Source of the DNA: a bacterium
Lineage (GTDB): Bacteria; SAR324; XYD2-FULL-50-16; JBNMNM01
Length of the DNA stretch: 35,568 nt
Direction: 5' to 3'
Assembly (NCBI GenBank): GCA_051275585.1
Contig: JBNMNM010000003.1
Span: 1 to 35,568, forward strand
The position numbers and the translations under genes are program-made. The notes under the pieces are model-generated. The model did not search any database and had not been told where the DNA came from. It saw only the letters and a list, made by a program, of their open reading frames with translations. Shown here piece by piece: positions 11,328 through 23,000 of the stretch (position 1 is the stretch's first letter; the number at the start of each line of letters is the position of its first letter).

Positions 11328-11394
11328 TGCTGAAATTAAACGTAAGTTTGGGGATTTGATGTGGGATTGCAATGTGATGGGTATGGATTTGCAG

Positions 11395-11426
11395 AAAGCC
11401 CTCTTATTTGTAAAAAGGGCTTTTTT
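11395..11426 (-). terminator. Hairpin after secF, probable terminator/attenuator
   Basis: AAAGCCCT-N13-AGGGCTTT immediately after the secF stop; short U-run on the minus strand. Confidence 0.6.
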
Positions 11427-11430
11427 ATTT

Positions 11431-12393
11431 CTAAACTACAATTTTATCTTTTGTTACTTTTTTCTCTTCCTTTTTCTGAGGTTTTACTTTTCCTGATTTC
11501 TTTTCTCTTGCATCAAGGAAAAGAACCATAGGACTCGCAACAAAAACAGAAGAGTATGTTCCCACAACTAGACCAATAAGTACTGCAAAGCTAAAGTCAT
11601 GGATAATATCCCCACCCAAAGCAAAGAGAAATACAACCACAAAGAAAGTAGTTACAGAAGTCAAAATTGTACGACTTAAACTTTCATTCACACTGGTATT
11701 GATTACTTCATCCAAATTCTTATTTGGAAGTTTAAAAACATTCTCTCTAACACGATCAAAAACAACAATCGTATCATTAAGGGAGTAACCAACCACAGTA
11801 AGAAGTGCAGCTACAATGGTAAGGGTAATCTCTTTTCCCATAAAGGAAAAAATTCCTAAGATAATTAGGACATCATGAAAAAGAGCCACTACAGCACCAA
11901 GACCATAACGCAACTGAAAACGGAACCAAATATAGGCTAAAATCACAATTAATGAAGCAATTACTGCCTGATAAGCTTTCTTTTTCAAGTCAGCACCAAC
12001 CTTTGGTCCTACACTCTCAAATCGGCGGATCTTATAGTTGTGGATTTGTCCTTTAAAAATTTGTTCAATTTTCTCTCTTACATCAGTTCCTTTTGCTACT
12101 GCAGCCTGAGAAAGTGAAATTAAAATTTCATTCTCAGTTTGATCACCAAAAGTTGTGATTGAAACACTTTTTGTTAGGTTCTTTTTAAAAAGAGTTCGGA
12201 TTTTTTTAATTGGTGGCTTTTGTTTAATAAATTGAATCTGAATAATGTAACCACCACGAAAATCAACTCCGTATTGAAATCCTTTAAAAATAATCGCACC
12301 AATTCCAGCCACAAGCAGAAATGCCGAAATGGCTAATGCGATATATCTTTTTCCAACAAAATCAAAATTTGGTTTCGTTTTAAAAATATGCAT
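11431..12393 (-). CDS. secF: Protein translocase subunit SecF
   Basis: GVDFRGG, ESVGPKVG, HDV, GYSLNDTIVVFDRVRE, SRTILTS and GTYSSVFVA. Confidence 0.97.
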   Translation of the reverse strand: MHIFKTKPNFDFVGKRYIALAISAFLLVAGIGAIIFKGFQYGVDFRGGYIIQIQFIKQKPPIKKIRTLFKKNLTKSVSITTFGDQTENEILISLSQAAVAKGTDVREKIEQIFKGQIHNYKIRRFESVGPKVGADLKKKAYQAVIASLIVILAYIWFRFQLRYGLGAVVALFHDVLIILGIFSFMGKEITLTIVAALLTVVGYSLNDTIVVFDRVRENVFKLPNKNLDEVINTSVNESLSRTILTSVTTFFVVVFLFALGGDIIHDFSFAVLIGLVVGTYSSVFVASPMVLFLDAREKKSGKVKPQKKEEKKVTKDKIVV

Positions 12394-12408
12394 ACTTATT
12401 CCGCTTGT

Positions 12409-14433
12409 TTAGATTGAAATCTTTACTAAATTTTTCTTATTAAGGTAAAATAACTCAAACAAAAATCGGCCAACAACAATACTAGTAAACATACTTGCTA
12501 GAATTCCAATTGAAAGAGTTACAGAGAAACCTTTAATTGGACCTGTTCCAAACTGGAAAAGGATAATTGCAGCAAAAATGGTTGTAATATTTGAATCTAA
12601 AATCGTAATAGTTGCTCTTTGGAAACCATTATTAATCGATCTTCGAATACTATTTCCTCTTTCTATTTCCTCTCGAATTCTTTCAAAAATTAGTACATTT
12701 GCATCAACTGCCATACCAATCGTTAAGATAATTCCAGCCATTCCTGGAAGAGTCAGTGTTGCTTGGAAATAAGCTAAGATTGCAACAATTAGTAAAAGAT
12801 TAAAAATTAGAGCAAGTACTGAAAAGATTCCTGAAACATTGTAATACAGAATCATAAAAATGATCACAGCACAGAATCCAACAACTAAAGCCATCAAACT
12901 TTTCTTAATTGAATCATCTCCAAGAGAAGCTCCAATAGTTCGCTCTTCATTAATAACTAAACGAGCAGGCAAAGAACCAGAACGTAAAACTAAAGATAAA
13001 TCAGACGCTTCTTGAACACTAAAGTTTCCAGAAATGGATGCTTCTCCACTAAGGATTGGCTCATTAATGTTAGGTGCAGATTGAACTTTTCCATCAAGAA
13101 CAATAGCTAACTGTCGATTTACATTTTTTGAAGTCAATTCACCAAAAAGTTTTTGTCCTAAATCATTAAAAGCTAAACTAACTTGAGCACTTCCATTTTC
13201 ATCAAAAGTAACTCTTGCATCACGAATCGCATTTCCTTTTAACGCAATTTTCTTTTCCAATACATATGTTGTATGAGAAAGAATTTCTTTAGTCACAGGA
13301 TGTAGATTTTCTTTAATCGCAAGAATTCCGTCAGGACCTGGACTTTCAATCGAAGCATTTGCTTTTACTAATCTAAATTCAAGTTTTGCTCTTGTATTGA
13401 TTAGTTTCTTTGCACGAGCTGGATCTTTAATTCCTGGAAGCTGAATGATAATTGAATCTTCACCTTGTCTTTGAATCGAAGGTTCTTTCACACCAAAAGC
13501 ATCAATTCGGTTTCGAATTGTTTCTAATGCTTGTTTAATTGATTGCTCTTTTAATCGCTTTAACTCTTTTGGTTTTAATGAAAGAAAGATCTTACTTCCT
13601 GCATCTTGATAGGCAACATCATAATTTTCTAATACTTGTTTGTACTTTTCGCCTTCAATACGGAAATTTTCTAAATCATCAAGGTCAATTTCAATCTTTC
13701 GAGTTTGATATGTAGAACCAATTTTTTTCACACTAACATAATTTACATTTCCTTCTGTTAGTCGGCTCTCTAAGTCTTCAATCAAACTGTCTAAAACAGC
13801 ATCAACAACTTCAGAGTATTGAACTCCAACATCAAGATACATTCCACCTTGAAGATCTAGACCAAGGTTAATAACTTTGTCTTTTTCAAACTGAGAAAGG
13901 TATTTTTGTTTCTCTTGATCATATAACCATCCCATTTCTCCATTAAGAAACTGCTTAATAGGGTGAGAAAGATGAGATAATTTTTTTCCTTTTTTCATGT
14001 TAAATTGAATTGACTCCTTACTTTTTGCAATAGTAATGGATTTAATTTTTTTAACATTTAAAATGATATTATTTAACTTTCCAGTTACGTCGGAAATAAA
14101 TACATTTTTCCCCGCAGTTGGAAGCATCGTTAAATAATTATTTTGAAAAGAAAAATCTTTTTTCAAAAGTGCTTGAATTGATGAACTTTGAATTGGAAAT
14201 TTCTTTCCTTTCTCCATCATGACTAAAATACGATTTTGCTTTGGCTGAGCCAAAAAATGTTGGATACTTTTTAAGTCTTGATATGATTTTTGAATATCAA
14301 GATAACGAACACTCACCTTTTTTTGTAAAGTCGCAGCACTTTGGGGTAAAAAGCTTTGAAATGTAGGGAGGTCGTAAAATATAGTAACCGCCAAAATGGC
14401 AAGAATCGCAATCCCCTTCCACGAAAATTTCAT
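12409..14433 (-). CDS. secD: Protein translocase subunit SecD, with enlarged N-terminal periplasmic region
   Basis: NLGLDLQGG, RNRIDAFGVKEP, LRSGSLPA, LTLPGMAG, GMAVDANVLIFERIREE and GTGPIKGF. Confidence 0.97.
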   Translation of the reverse strand: MKFSWKGIAILAILAVTIFYDLPTFQSFLPQSAATLQKKVSVRYLDIQKSYQDLKSIQHFLAQPKQNRILVMMEKGKKFPIQSSSIQALLKKDFSFQNNYLTMLPTAGKNVFISDVTGKLNNIILNVKKIKSITIAKSKESIQFNMKKGKKLSHLSHPIKQFLNGEMGWLYDQEKQKYLSQFEKDKVINLGLDLQGGMYLDVGVQYSEVVDAVLDSLIEDLESRLTEGNVNYVSVKKIGSTYQTRKIEIDLDDLENFRIEGEKYKQVLENYDVAYQDAGSKIFLSLKPKELKRLKEQSIKQALETIRNRIDAFGVKEPSIQRQGEDSIIIQLPGIKDPARAKKLINTRAKLEFRLVKANASIESPGPDGILAIKENLHPVTKEILSHTTYVLEKKIALKGNAIRDARVTFDENGSAQVSLAFNDLGQKLFGELTSKNVNRQLAIVLDGKVQSAPNINEPILSGEASISGNFSVQEASDLSLVLRSGSLPARLVINEERTIGASLGDDSIKKSLMALVVGFCAVIIFMILYYNVSGIFSVLALIFNLLLIVAILAYFQATLTLPGMAGIILTIGMAVDANVLIFERIREEIERGNSIRRSINNGFQRATITILDSNITTIFAAIILFQFGTGPIKGFSVTLSIGILASMFTSIVVGRFLFELFYLNKKNLVKISI

Positions 14434-14468
14434 ATTAAATTAGAACAAATGTTAATGATTGGATTGGA

Positions 14469-14894
14469 TTACTTGCTTACTTCAGACGTATCTTTTCCTT
14501 TTGTTAGTTCAGACTTATCTTTTCCTTTTGTTAGTTCAGGCTTATCTTTTCCTTTTGTTACTTCAGGCTTATTTTTACTTTTTGTTACTTCAGCAATGCT
14601 ATTTTTTTGAATTTTAATTACTGTTTTTTCAGCAATTTCAAGTAAAATAAAGTCTTTTTCATCAAATACTTTGTTTACTTTTCCAAAAACACCACTATTT
14701 GTAACAACTTCATCACCATTAGATAGATTTGAAACCAAACTCTGATGCTCTTTTGTCTTTTTTTGTTGTGGTCGGATTACCAAAAAGTAAAACACTACAA
14801 AAACAAGAATAAAAGGAAGAAATTGCATTATAGCACTTGGTCCACCAGATTTTCCAGCACCTTGAGCTAATACTTCAGGAATAAGATCAAACAT
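14469..14894 (-). CDS. yajC: Preprotein translocase subunit YajC with repetitive C-terminal tail
   Basis: FYFLVIRPQQKK and GDEVVTNSG; lies directly upstream of secD. Confidence 0.95.
   Translation of the reverse strand: MFDLIPEVLAQGAGKSGGPSAIMQFLPFILVFVVFYFLVIRPQQKKTKEHQSLVSNLSNGDEVVTNSGVFGKVNKVFDEKDFILLEIAEKTVIKIQKNSIAEVTKSKNKPEVTKGKDKPELTKGKDKSELTKGKDTSEVSK
14481..14588. repeat. 27-bp tandem repeat, 4 copies, in the yajC 3' end
   Basis: Units start at 14481, 14508, 14535 and 14562; consensus ttcag(a/g)cttatcttttccttttgtta(g/c); encodes (V/L)TKGKDK(P/S)E. Confidence 0.95.
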
Positions 14895-14976
14895 AGTTGT
14901 TGCTCCAAAGTTACAACATAAAAACTCAGGGTTGAGTTCAGAAACTTCGTAAAAAATAGATAAAACAGAGAAATTC

Positions 14977-15006
14977 TTAGTACATTTCTCCTTAAACGAA
15001 CGTCAA
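14977..15006 (-). promoter_or_regulatory. Candidate sigma70 promoter for yajC-secDF
   Basis: TTGACG-N18-TACTAA on the minus strand; -10 is imperfect. Confidence 0.35.
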
Positions 15007-15043
15007 CTGAAAATTCAGAAAAGCAGAAAGTTTCATTCTTTTT

Positions 15044-16114
15044 CTACTTTAACCGAACAGGAATCCATATTCGAAAACGGGTTGTTCCTTCTGGTGAATC
15101 AATCAATTGTAACGCTCCTTTTTGCTCCTTCATCAAACGATAAGAGATTGAAAGTCCAACTCCATTACCATCTTTCTTTGTAGTAAAGAAAGGAGCAAAG
15201 ATTTTATTTCGAATCTCTTTTGAAATTCCTCCGCCGTTATCTTGAATTTCAAGATAGACATAGCGATAATTAGCTTGTTTTATTTTACGAGGAGTATTCC
15301 ATGCAGAGCCAAACCGTGTAATAACGTCAATTCTGCTGCCTTCTGGAGAAGCTTCAACAGCATTTTTAATAATGTTTAAGATTACTTGGTGGAGTTTATC
15401 ACGATCTGCATAAACAGAAGGAAGTGATGGATCGTAATCTTTCGCAATTTTTACTTTCTTTGAATTTTGCCTTTGGAAAAATAAAATATCATCAAGAATA
15501 CTATGCACATTCAAATCATTTAATTCCAAAGGAACTTCTTTAGAATGAAGTAATAAGCTTCGAACCAACCGATCAATTCGGCCTAATTCTTTTAGGATAA
15601 TATCTAGATAAGGTGTTGAGATAGGATTGTTTTTTAACTCTCGTTTTAGTAATTGGGTTGCCCCTTTTACTCCTGCAAGAGGATTTTGAATTTCATGTGC
15701 AACAGATGAGACGAGTAAAGAAAGAGGCTCTACTTTTGAGCTTTCTTTTGAAGGATCATCAGAATCTTTCTCTTTGCTTGTTGCCCAGAAAACAATAACA
15801 CTACCCTCTCGATTTCCATCTTGATAGAGTGGTGCAATTTCAAAATCTGCAATTAATGGTGCAATTGCATTTCGTTGCACTTCTTGCTGATAAAAATGAA
15901 ATGTTTTTCCATCTTTAACAGCTTTAGTACAGTATGAACCTAAGGCTGGTTCAAGTAACAAAACTTGATTGATATGAAATCCAAAAATTTTATTATTTGG
16001 ACAAAACAATAGCTGAGAGGCATATGCGTTCGCAAATTGAATCCGATTTTCTTGATCAACTTGCAAAACGGCAACAGGTAAAGACTCAAGGACAGCTTCA
16101 GATAGTTCAAACAT
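15044..16114 (-). CDS. ntrB: Nitrogen regulation sensor histidine kinase NtrB/GlnL
   Basis: N-terminal PAS; H-box [18 protein letters not shown]; NtrB-type DYDPSLP; N box NIIKNA; DNGGG; FFTTK; GVGL. Confidence 0.85.
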   Translation of the reverse strand: MFELSEAVLESLPVAVLQVDQENRIQFANAYASQLLFCPNNKIFGFHINQVLLLEPALGSYCTKAVKDGKTFHFYQQEVQRNAIAPLIADFEIAPLYQDGNREGSVIVFWATSKEKDSDDPSKESSKVEPLSLLVSSVAHEIQNPLAGVKGATQLLKRELKNNPISTPYLDIILKELGRIDRLVRSLLLHSKEVPLELNDLNVHSILDDILFFQRQNSKKVKIAKDYDPSLPSVYADRDKLHQVILNIIKNAVEASPEGSRIDVITRFGSAWNTPRKIKQANYRYVYLEIQDNGGGISKEIRNKIFAPFFTTKKDGNGVGLSISYRLMKEQKGALQLIDSPEGTTRFRIWIPVRLK

Positions 16115-16128
16115 ATCTAAGTCCTGTT

Positions 16129-17934
16129 TTATGAGTCTGTTAATTTTAAAACAGCTATAAATGCTTCTTTAGGAACTTCTACAGAACCTAGTTGTTTCAT
16201 TTTTTTCTTTCCAGCTTTTTGCTTCTCTAAAAGTTTTCGCTTTCGAGAGATATCACCACCATAACACTTTGCAGTTACATTCTTTCGAAGTGCTTTTATC
16301 GTTTCTCGTGCGATTACCTTTCCACCAATAGATGACTGAATTGCAATATCAAACATCTGACGAGGAATAATTTCTTTCATCTTTTTAGCAAGATCTCGTC
16401 CTCGATAGTATGCTTTATCCTTATGAACAATAATTGATAAGGCATCAACAATCTCACCATTCAAACGAATATCTAATTTTACCAATTCAGCAACTCGATA
16501 ATCAGCAAGTTCATATTCAAAAGAAGCATATCCTTTTGTTAATGATTTTAACTGATCATGAAAATCAAATACTACTTCATTTAATGGTAATTCATAGCGG
16601 ATTTTAACTCTGTTCTCTCCAATGTATTCCATTCCATCTTGGATACCACGTCGCTCTTGAGCCAATTTCATCACAATTCCAACATATTCACTTGGAAGTA
16701 GAATTGAACCTAAAATAAATGGTTCTTTAATGTGATCAATTAGAGTTACTTCTGGAAGCTGACTTGGATTCTCAATCGGAAGTACAGTACCATCATTCTT
16801 ATGAACATGGTAAATTACAGTTGGAGCTGTTGTTAACAGACTTAAATGGAATTCTCTTTCAAGTCTCTCTTCAACAATTTCCATATGAAGAAGACCTAAG
16901 AAACCACATCGATAACCAAAACCTAGTGCGGTTGAAGTCTCTGGCTCATAAGAAAAAGAGGAATCATTTAAGGATAGTTTTGCTAAAGCTTCTTTTAATT
17001 CTTCATAATCAGCAGAATCTACGGGATAAATTCCACTAAATACCATTGGTTTTACTTCTGTATATCCAACAAGAGCTTCTTTTGCTGGATAGTTAGACAG
17101 TGTGATTGTATCACCAATTTTTGTATCACCAATATTTTTAATTGAAGCGGCTAAAAAGCCTACTTCACCAGCATAAAGGACATCAACATCTTTTTTAGCT
17201 GGAGTAAACTTTCCAAGCAGAGTTAGTTGATACTCTTTTTCTGTTGCCATAAAATGAACATTATCATTCTTTCGAAGAGTTCCTGACATCACTCGAAAAA
17301 GAACCATAATGCCTAAATATGGATCAAACCAAGAATCAAAAATTAATGCTCTTAATGGCTCTTCAACATCTCCAACAGGAGGTGGAATAAGTTCAACTAC
17401 TTGCTCTAAAATCTCTTCAATTCCAATTCCCATTTTGGCACTAGCATGCACTGCATGAGAAGCATCAAGACCAATAATATCTTCAATTTCTTTTGCTACT
17501 CGGTCAGGTTCAGCCGCTGGAAGATCAATTTTATTGAGAACAGGAATAATTTCTAGATCATTATCAAGTGCAAGATAAACATTAGCTAATGTTTGAGCTT
17601 CAACTCCCTGAGAAGCATCAACAATTAATAATGCACCTTCACAGGCAGCAATCGAACGAGAAACTTCATAAGTGAAATCAACATGTCCTGGAGTATCAAT
17701 TAAGTTCAACTGGTATGTTTTTCCGTCTTTTGCGTTATAATTAACAGATACCGTTTGAGCTTTAATTGTAATTCCACGCTCTCGTTCAATATCCATATTA
17801 TCAAGGAATTGATCTTGAGCATCACGATTACTTACAGCACCAGTATATTCGAGCAAGCAATCCGCAAGTGTTGATTTTCCATGATCAATATGAGCGATGA
17901 TACAAAAATTACGAACTAGTGTTTGATCTATCAA
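16129..17934 (-). CDS. lepA: Elongation factor 4 (LepA)
   Basis: [30 protein letters not shown] and [14 protein letters not shown]; TTG start preceded by GGAGA. Confidence 0.98.
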   Translation of the reverse strand: MIDQTLVRNFCIIAHIDHGKSTLADCLLEYTGAVSNRDAQDQFLDNMDIERERGITIKAQTVSVNYNAKDGKTYQLNLIDTPGHVDFTYEVSRSIAACEGALLIVDASQGVEAQTLANVYLALDNDLEIIPVLNKIDLPAAEPDRVAKEIEDIIGLDASHAVHASAKMGIGIEEILEQVVELIPPPVGDVEEPLRALIFDSWFDPYLGIMVLFRVMSGTLRKNDNVHFMATEKEYQLTLLGKFTPAKKDVDVLYAGEVGFLAASIKNIGDTKIGDTITLSNYPAKEALVGYTEVKPMVFSGIYPVDSADYEELKEALAKLSLNDSSFSYEPETSTALGFGYRCGFLGLLHMEIVEERLEREFHLSLLTTAPTVIYHVHKNDGTVLPIENPSQLPEVTLIDHIKEPFILGSILLPSEYVGIVMKLAQERRGIQDGMEYIGENRVKIRYELPLNEVVFDFHDQLKSLTKGYASFEYELADYRVAELVKLDIRLNGEIVDALSIIVHKDKAYYRGRDLAKKMKEIIPRQMFDIAIQSSIGGKVIARETIKALRKNVTAKCYGGDISRKRKLLEKQKAGKKKMKQLGSVEVPKEAFIAVLKLTDS

Positions 17935-17945
17935 GGTAAGTCTCC

Positions 17946-18428
17946 CTATTTCTCAACCTTCATTCCAACTTTACCTGTTCGGATGGATTCAAGAATATTG
18001 GTATCTTTCAATTCATGAAAAATAGTATCAATTTTCTCTTCCGATCCAGAAAATTCTACGACTAAATAACCATCAAAATGATCCAACATTCTTCCACCAT
18101 AAAAATCAATTACTCGATTAATTTCTGGTGCAACAACACGATCGTACTCTAATTTAATAACAGTAAACTCTCGTGTAATTGATTTTGATATTTCTAACTC
18201 TTCTGATTTTACAATGTGGATTAACTTCTGAGTTTGCTTTCGAATTTGCTCAAGAACTTTACCATCACCTTTTACAACAATTGTAAAACGACTGATTCCA
18301 GGTGTATGGGTATGTCCAACAGTTAAACTTTCAATATTAAACCCACGTCTTGAAAATAGACTGGAAATCCGAGTTAATACTCCTGGTTTATCCTCAACTT
18401 CAATAGCAATGGTTTGTCTTTGCTCCAT
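17946..18428 (-). CDS. ilvN: Acetolactate synthase small (regulatory) subunit
   Basis: ACT domain [28 protein letters not shown] and C-terminal IRTG; adjacent to the large subunit. Confidence 0.93.
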   Translation of the reverse strand: MEQRQTIAIEVEDKPGVLTRISSLFSRRGFNIESLTVGHTHTPGISRFTIVVKGDGKVLEQIRKQTQKLIHIVKSEELEISKSITREFTVIKLEYDRVVAPEINRVIDFYGGRMLDHFDGYLVVEFSGSEEKIDTIFHELKDTNILESIRTGKVGMKVEK

Positions 18429-18446
18429 GACTCTCTATGACAAAAA

Positions 18447-20066
18447 TTATTCTGCTAGTTTTACCAAATCAAAATGAATTAGGTTTGGTTTTCGACTTGC
18501 GATAGCCTTTTGTAATGCGGGTGCAATTTGTTCTACTTTTGTCACATCAATTGAGTTTCCACCCATTGCTTCTGCTAATTTGCAAAAGTCTGTAGATGTT
18601 TTAAATTCATGAGCAATATGACGACCACTATAAGAAGAGTCTTGTAGTTCTCGAATCATTCCTAAACGGTTATCGTTAACTAAAACTACCGTTAATGGAA
18701 TATCATATTCCGAAGCAACTAAAAATTCTTGCATATTCATCATAAAGCTTCCATCACCAGTGATATTCACAACGGGTGTATCTCGATCAGCAAACCAAGC
18801 TCCAATTGCAGCAGGTAAACCAAATCCCATTGTTCCTAATCCGCCTGATGTAAGTAATGGAAGGTGCTTTGAATTAGTACAATGATGGGTTGCCCACATT
18901 TGATGACGACCTACATCAGTACTAACATTTAATTTTTCGTCAATTTTTGAAAGTTCATCAAAAATGATTCCCATCATTGAAGCATTATCTTGAGTTGGAA
19001 GAATATTTTTATGATCTTCATTTTTCGCCCAAGACTCTTTGACAGGGAAATTTTTCTTTTTAATTTCTACAATTAAATCTTCAAGAACAAGTTTTAAATC
19101 ACCTACAATTGGAATATCCACAGGAACTGTTTTTCCAATTTCTGCTGGATCAATATCAAGATGAATTACCTTCGCTTTTTTCAGAAATTTTTCACCTTGT
19201 AATTGTGTAGCTCGATCACTAAATCTAGCTCCAATTGAGAAAACAACATCAGCTTTTCTAACATACTGATTTGCTTTTACTGTTCCATGAGTTCCAATCA
19301 TACCTAAATATAATGGATCTCGATCTTCTATTCCACCTTTTCCCATTAAGGTTCGAACAACTGGAATATTAGTCATTCTAGCAAACTCAATAAGCTCTTT
19401 TTCAGCTTGAGCAAGAAGAACTCCACCACCAACAATAATTAAAGGACGTTCAGACTTTGCAAGCAAGCGATAAGCTCGTTTTACTTGTCCAATATGCCCT
19501 TTAACTGTTGGCTGATAGCCTGGCAAATTTCTTACTTTACCTTGTAAATCATACTCTTTTTTTGTAGCAGTTACATCTTTCGGATAGTCGATAAGTACTG
19601 GGCCTTTTCTCCCAGAATCCGCAATATAAAAAGCAGACCGAATAGAGGGAACAATTTCATCAGGATCAATTACTAACTCATTATGCTTAGTAACGGGCAT
19701 AGTGATATTAAGGCAATCAACCTCTTGAAAAGCATCTGTTCCCATCATATGTGTAGGAATCTGACCTGTAATCGCAATAACTGGGACAGAATCTAGTAAA
19801 GCATTTGCCAACCCCGTGACCAAGTTAGTAGCACCTGGCCCTGAAGTAGCCAAACAGACTCCAGGTTTATTTGCAACACGAGCATATCCATCAGCCATAT
19901 GAATGGCTCCTTGTTCATGTCGTGACAAAATATGCTGAATTTTTGATCCATGAAGTGCATCATAAATCGGTAAATTAGCACCTCCTGGATACCCAAAAAT
20001 GGTATCCACTTCTAGCTCTTCGAGCACTGCAATGAGTGCCTGAGCCCCAGTCATTTCTTTAGTCAT
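18447..20066 (-). CDS. ilvB: Acetolactate synthase large subunit (biosynthetic type, divergent C-terminal half)
   Basis: FGYPGGA, RHEQGA, TSGPGATN, GTDAFQE, SGGLGTMGFGLPAA and ThDP motif GDGSF...NDN. Confidence 0.92.
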   Translation of the reverse strand: MTKEMTGAQALIAVLEELEVDTIFGYPGGANLPIYDALHGSKIQHILSRHEQGAIHMADGYARVANKPGVCLATSGPGATNLVTGLANALLDSVPVIAITGQIPTHMMGTDAFQEVDCLNITMPVTKHNELVIDPDEIVPSIRSAFYIADSGRKGPVLIDYPKDVTATKKEYDLQGKVRNLPGYQPTVKGHIGQVKRAYRLLAKSERPLIIVGGGVLLAQAEKELIEFARMTNIPVVRTLMGKGGIEDRDPLYLGMIGTHGTVKANQYVRKADVVFSIGARFSDRATQLQGEKFLKKAKVIHLDIDPAEIGKTVPVDIPIVGDLKLVLEDLIVEIKKKNFPVKESWAKNEDHKNILPTQDNASMMGIIFDELSKIDEKLNVSTDVGRHQMWATHHCTNSKHLPLLTSGGLGTMGFGLPAAIGAWFADRDTPVVNITGDGSFMMNMQEFLVASEYDIPLTVVLVNDNRLGMIRELQDSSYSGRHIAHEFKTSTDFCKLAEAMGGNSIDVTKVEQIAPALQKAIASRKPNLIHFDLVKLAE

Positions 20067-20090
20067 ATTCTACAATATTCTATTCTAAAG

Positions 20091-23000
20091 TTACACTTCC
20101 TCTGAATCTGTTTGCTCAGTAGCTTCGTCTTTGATTTGGTAATTATAGTCATTACCACGATCAAAGCCTGTACCTGCTGGAACTAACCGACCAATGATTA
20201 CATTTTCTTTTAATCCTTGGAATGTATCAATTTTTCCTCGGATCGACGCTTCAGTCAGAACTTTCGTTGTTTCTTGGAAGGATGCAGCAGAGATAAAAGA
20301 ATCTGTACTTAATGCAGCCTTAGTAATTCCAAGAAGCAATGGCTCTGAAATTGCTGGTCGTAAATCATCTTCAATCAGCTTTCGATTCGCTTCATGGAAG
20401 ATGTGTTTAGAGATTGGCTCTCCAATAAGAAAATTTGAATCACCTGGATCAGAAATCCGAACTTTACGCAACATTTGACGTGCAATTACTTCAATATGTT
20501 TATCGTTGATTCGAACCCCTTGCAATCGGTAAACTTCCTGAACCTCATCAACCAAGAATTTTTGAAGTTGTTTAACTCCCTTTACTCTTAGAATATCATG
20601 AGGATTTGCAGCACCATCAGTAAGTGATTCACCTGCTTTTACTTCATCACCTTCAAAAACATTAATATGTTTTCCTTTCGGGATTAAGTACTCTTTAGGC
20701 TCACCCACTTCTGGACGAACAATCAGACGACGTTTCCGTTTCATGTCATCACCAAAAGTTACAATTCCATCAATATCAGAAACCTGACATGGATCTTTTG
20801 GCTCACGAGCTTCGAAAAGTTCAGCAACACGAGGAAGACCCCCTGTAATATCTTTATTCTTCGCAGTTTCTCGTGGAATTTTAGCAATAACATCACCAAT
20901 GCTAATAATATCGCCTTCAGCAATCACAAGCTCAGCTTTTACAGGCAAATGGAATCCTGGATGAACATCTCCAGCTTCTCGTTTAATATCCCGATGAGTC
21001 TCTAAATCTTGAATCACAACTCGTGGTTTCAAGTCAAAATCTGTAGTCTCTTGGATTACTTCACGAGCTTTTCCTGTATATTCATCGATTTGTGATTTCT
21101 TACTTTTTCCTTCCACAATATCAACAAATTTAACTTTCCCTGAAACATCTGTAATAATTGGGATGGAGAACGGATCCCAGTCACCAATTTTCGTATTCAC
21201 TTCTATTTTATCGCCAGCTTTAGCATAAAGACGAGTACCTACAGGAAGCAATTGTCGCTCTACTTCACGTCCAAGATCATCAACAATTGTTGCCTCAGCT
21301 TTTCGAGACATAACAATTTGAACACCTTCAGAAGTAGTAACCAATCGAATATCATCAAAGTTTAAGAAACCAGCTCGATTAGTTTCCCAAGTTGTTTGTT
21401 CAACCGCTCGATTCGCCGTTCCCCCAATATGGAAAGTACGCATTGTTAACTGTGTTCCTGGCTCCCCAATTGATTGAGCAGCAATAACACCAACAGCCTC
21501 TCCGATTGAGATCACATTACCACGAGCTAAATCTCGACCATAACATTTACCACAAATTCCCTTGGTATTTTCACATGTTAATACAGATCGAATTTTAATC
21601 TCTTCAATGGTTGCATCTTCAATTTGTTCCACTAATGCTTCATCAAGAAGAGTTCCTTCTGGAACTAAAATTTCTTGAGTATATGGAGCCAATACATCCT
21701 CAGCCACAACACGACCAAGAATCCGTTCACCTAATTTCTCAATTACTTCACCATTTTCAACTAATGGACGAACATAAATTCCATCATTGGTTCCACAATC
21801 TACTTTAGCAATAACACTATCTTGAGCAACATCAACAAGTCGTCGAGTCAAGTATCCAGAGTTCGCAGTTTTAAGAGCTGTATCAGCCAAACCTTTACGA
21901 GCACCATGAGTTGAAATAAAGTACTGAAGTACACTTAGTCCTTCACGGAAATTCGCAGTAATTGGAGTTTCAATAATCTCTCCAGTCGGTTTTGCCATCA
22001 AACCACGCATTCCACCTAACTGCTTACTTTGATTTGTAGAACCACGAGCACCAGAATCTGCCATAACATAAATTGAATTCATGTGAGGCTTGCCGTTTTC
22101 ATCAACCTTCTCTTTACCGAGATTGCTAATCATTTTTTCAGCAATTTCTTCTGTAACCCTTGACCAAATATCTACAACTTTATTGTAACGCTCATCATCA
22201 GTAATCACACCATCTTGATACTGTTGTTGAATTTCATCAACTTCAGTTTGAGCACCCTCTAAGATACCAGCTTTCTCATCAGGAATAATCATATCTGCCA
22301 TTGAGATAGAGAATCCTGCTCGAGTAGAGAACTTGTAACCAAGACCTTTTAGACAATCTAGTAACTTAACTGTTTGTGCATTTCCAGCAACACGGAAACT
22401 GTAATCAATTAAATTCTCAAGATCTTTTTTCTTTAACAGACGATTGAAATATGAAAAGTCTAGTTGTTCAAGATTTACATTTTCAAAAAGAACAACTCGA
22501 CCAGCAGTTGTTTCAACCATTTTTCCGTCCATTCGGACTTGGATTTTTGCTTGAAGTGCAATCAATTCATGGTCAAATGCTGCTAATACTTCTTTTGTAT
22601 TTGCAAAGTATTTTCCTTCTCCTTTTTCATTTCGTGTTTGCTTGGTCATCCAATAAAGTCCCAACACCATATCTTGTGTTGGAGTCATGATTGGTTTTCC
22701 TGTTGCTGGAGAAAGAATATTGCTTGTTGCCATCATCAGTACTTTTACTTCCAACTGAGCATCAACACTCAATGGAACATGTACTGCCATCTGATCCCCA
22801 TCGAAATCCGCATTAAATGCAGTACATACAAGAGGATGTAGTTGAATTGCTTTTCCTTCAATTAGGGAAGGCTCAAAAGCTTGAATTCCTAATCTATGCA
22901 GAGTAGGAGCACGATTCAACATTACAGGATGATCAACAATTACTGCATCTAAACTAGCCCAAATTTCAGGATCATTGCTTTCAACCATTTTCTTTGCAAC

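Noticed and set aside
14481-14588. CRISPR array
   Set aside because: The 27-bp units are contiguous with no spacers, lie in frame within yajC, and no cas genes are present.
14356-14610. 84-aa plus-strand ORF with SFPFVSS repeats
   Set aside because: Antisense shadow of the yajC tandem repeat.
18380-18400. IlvN EDKPG (Asp at the valine-binding Asn position) as feedback resistance
   Set aside because: The EDKPG variant occurs naturally in other IlvN proteins (e.g. actinobacterial), so it is not distinctive.
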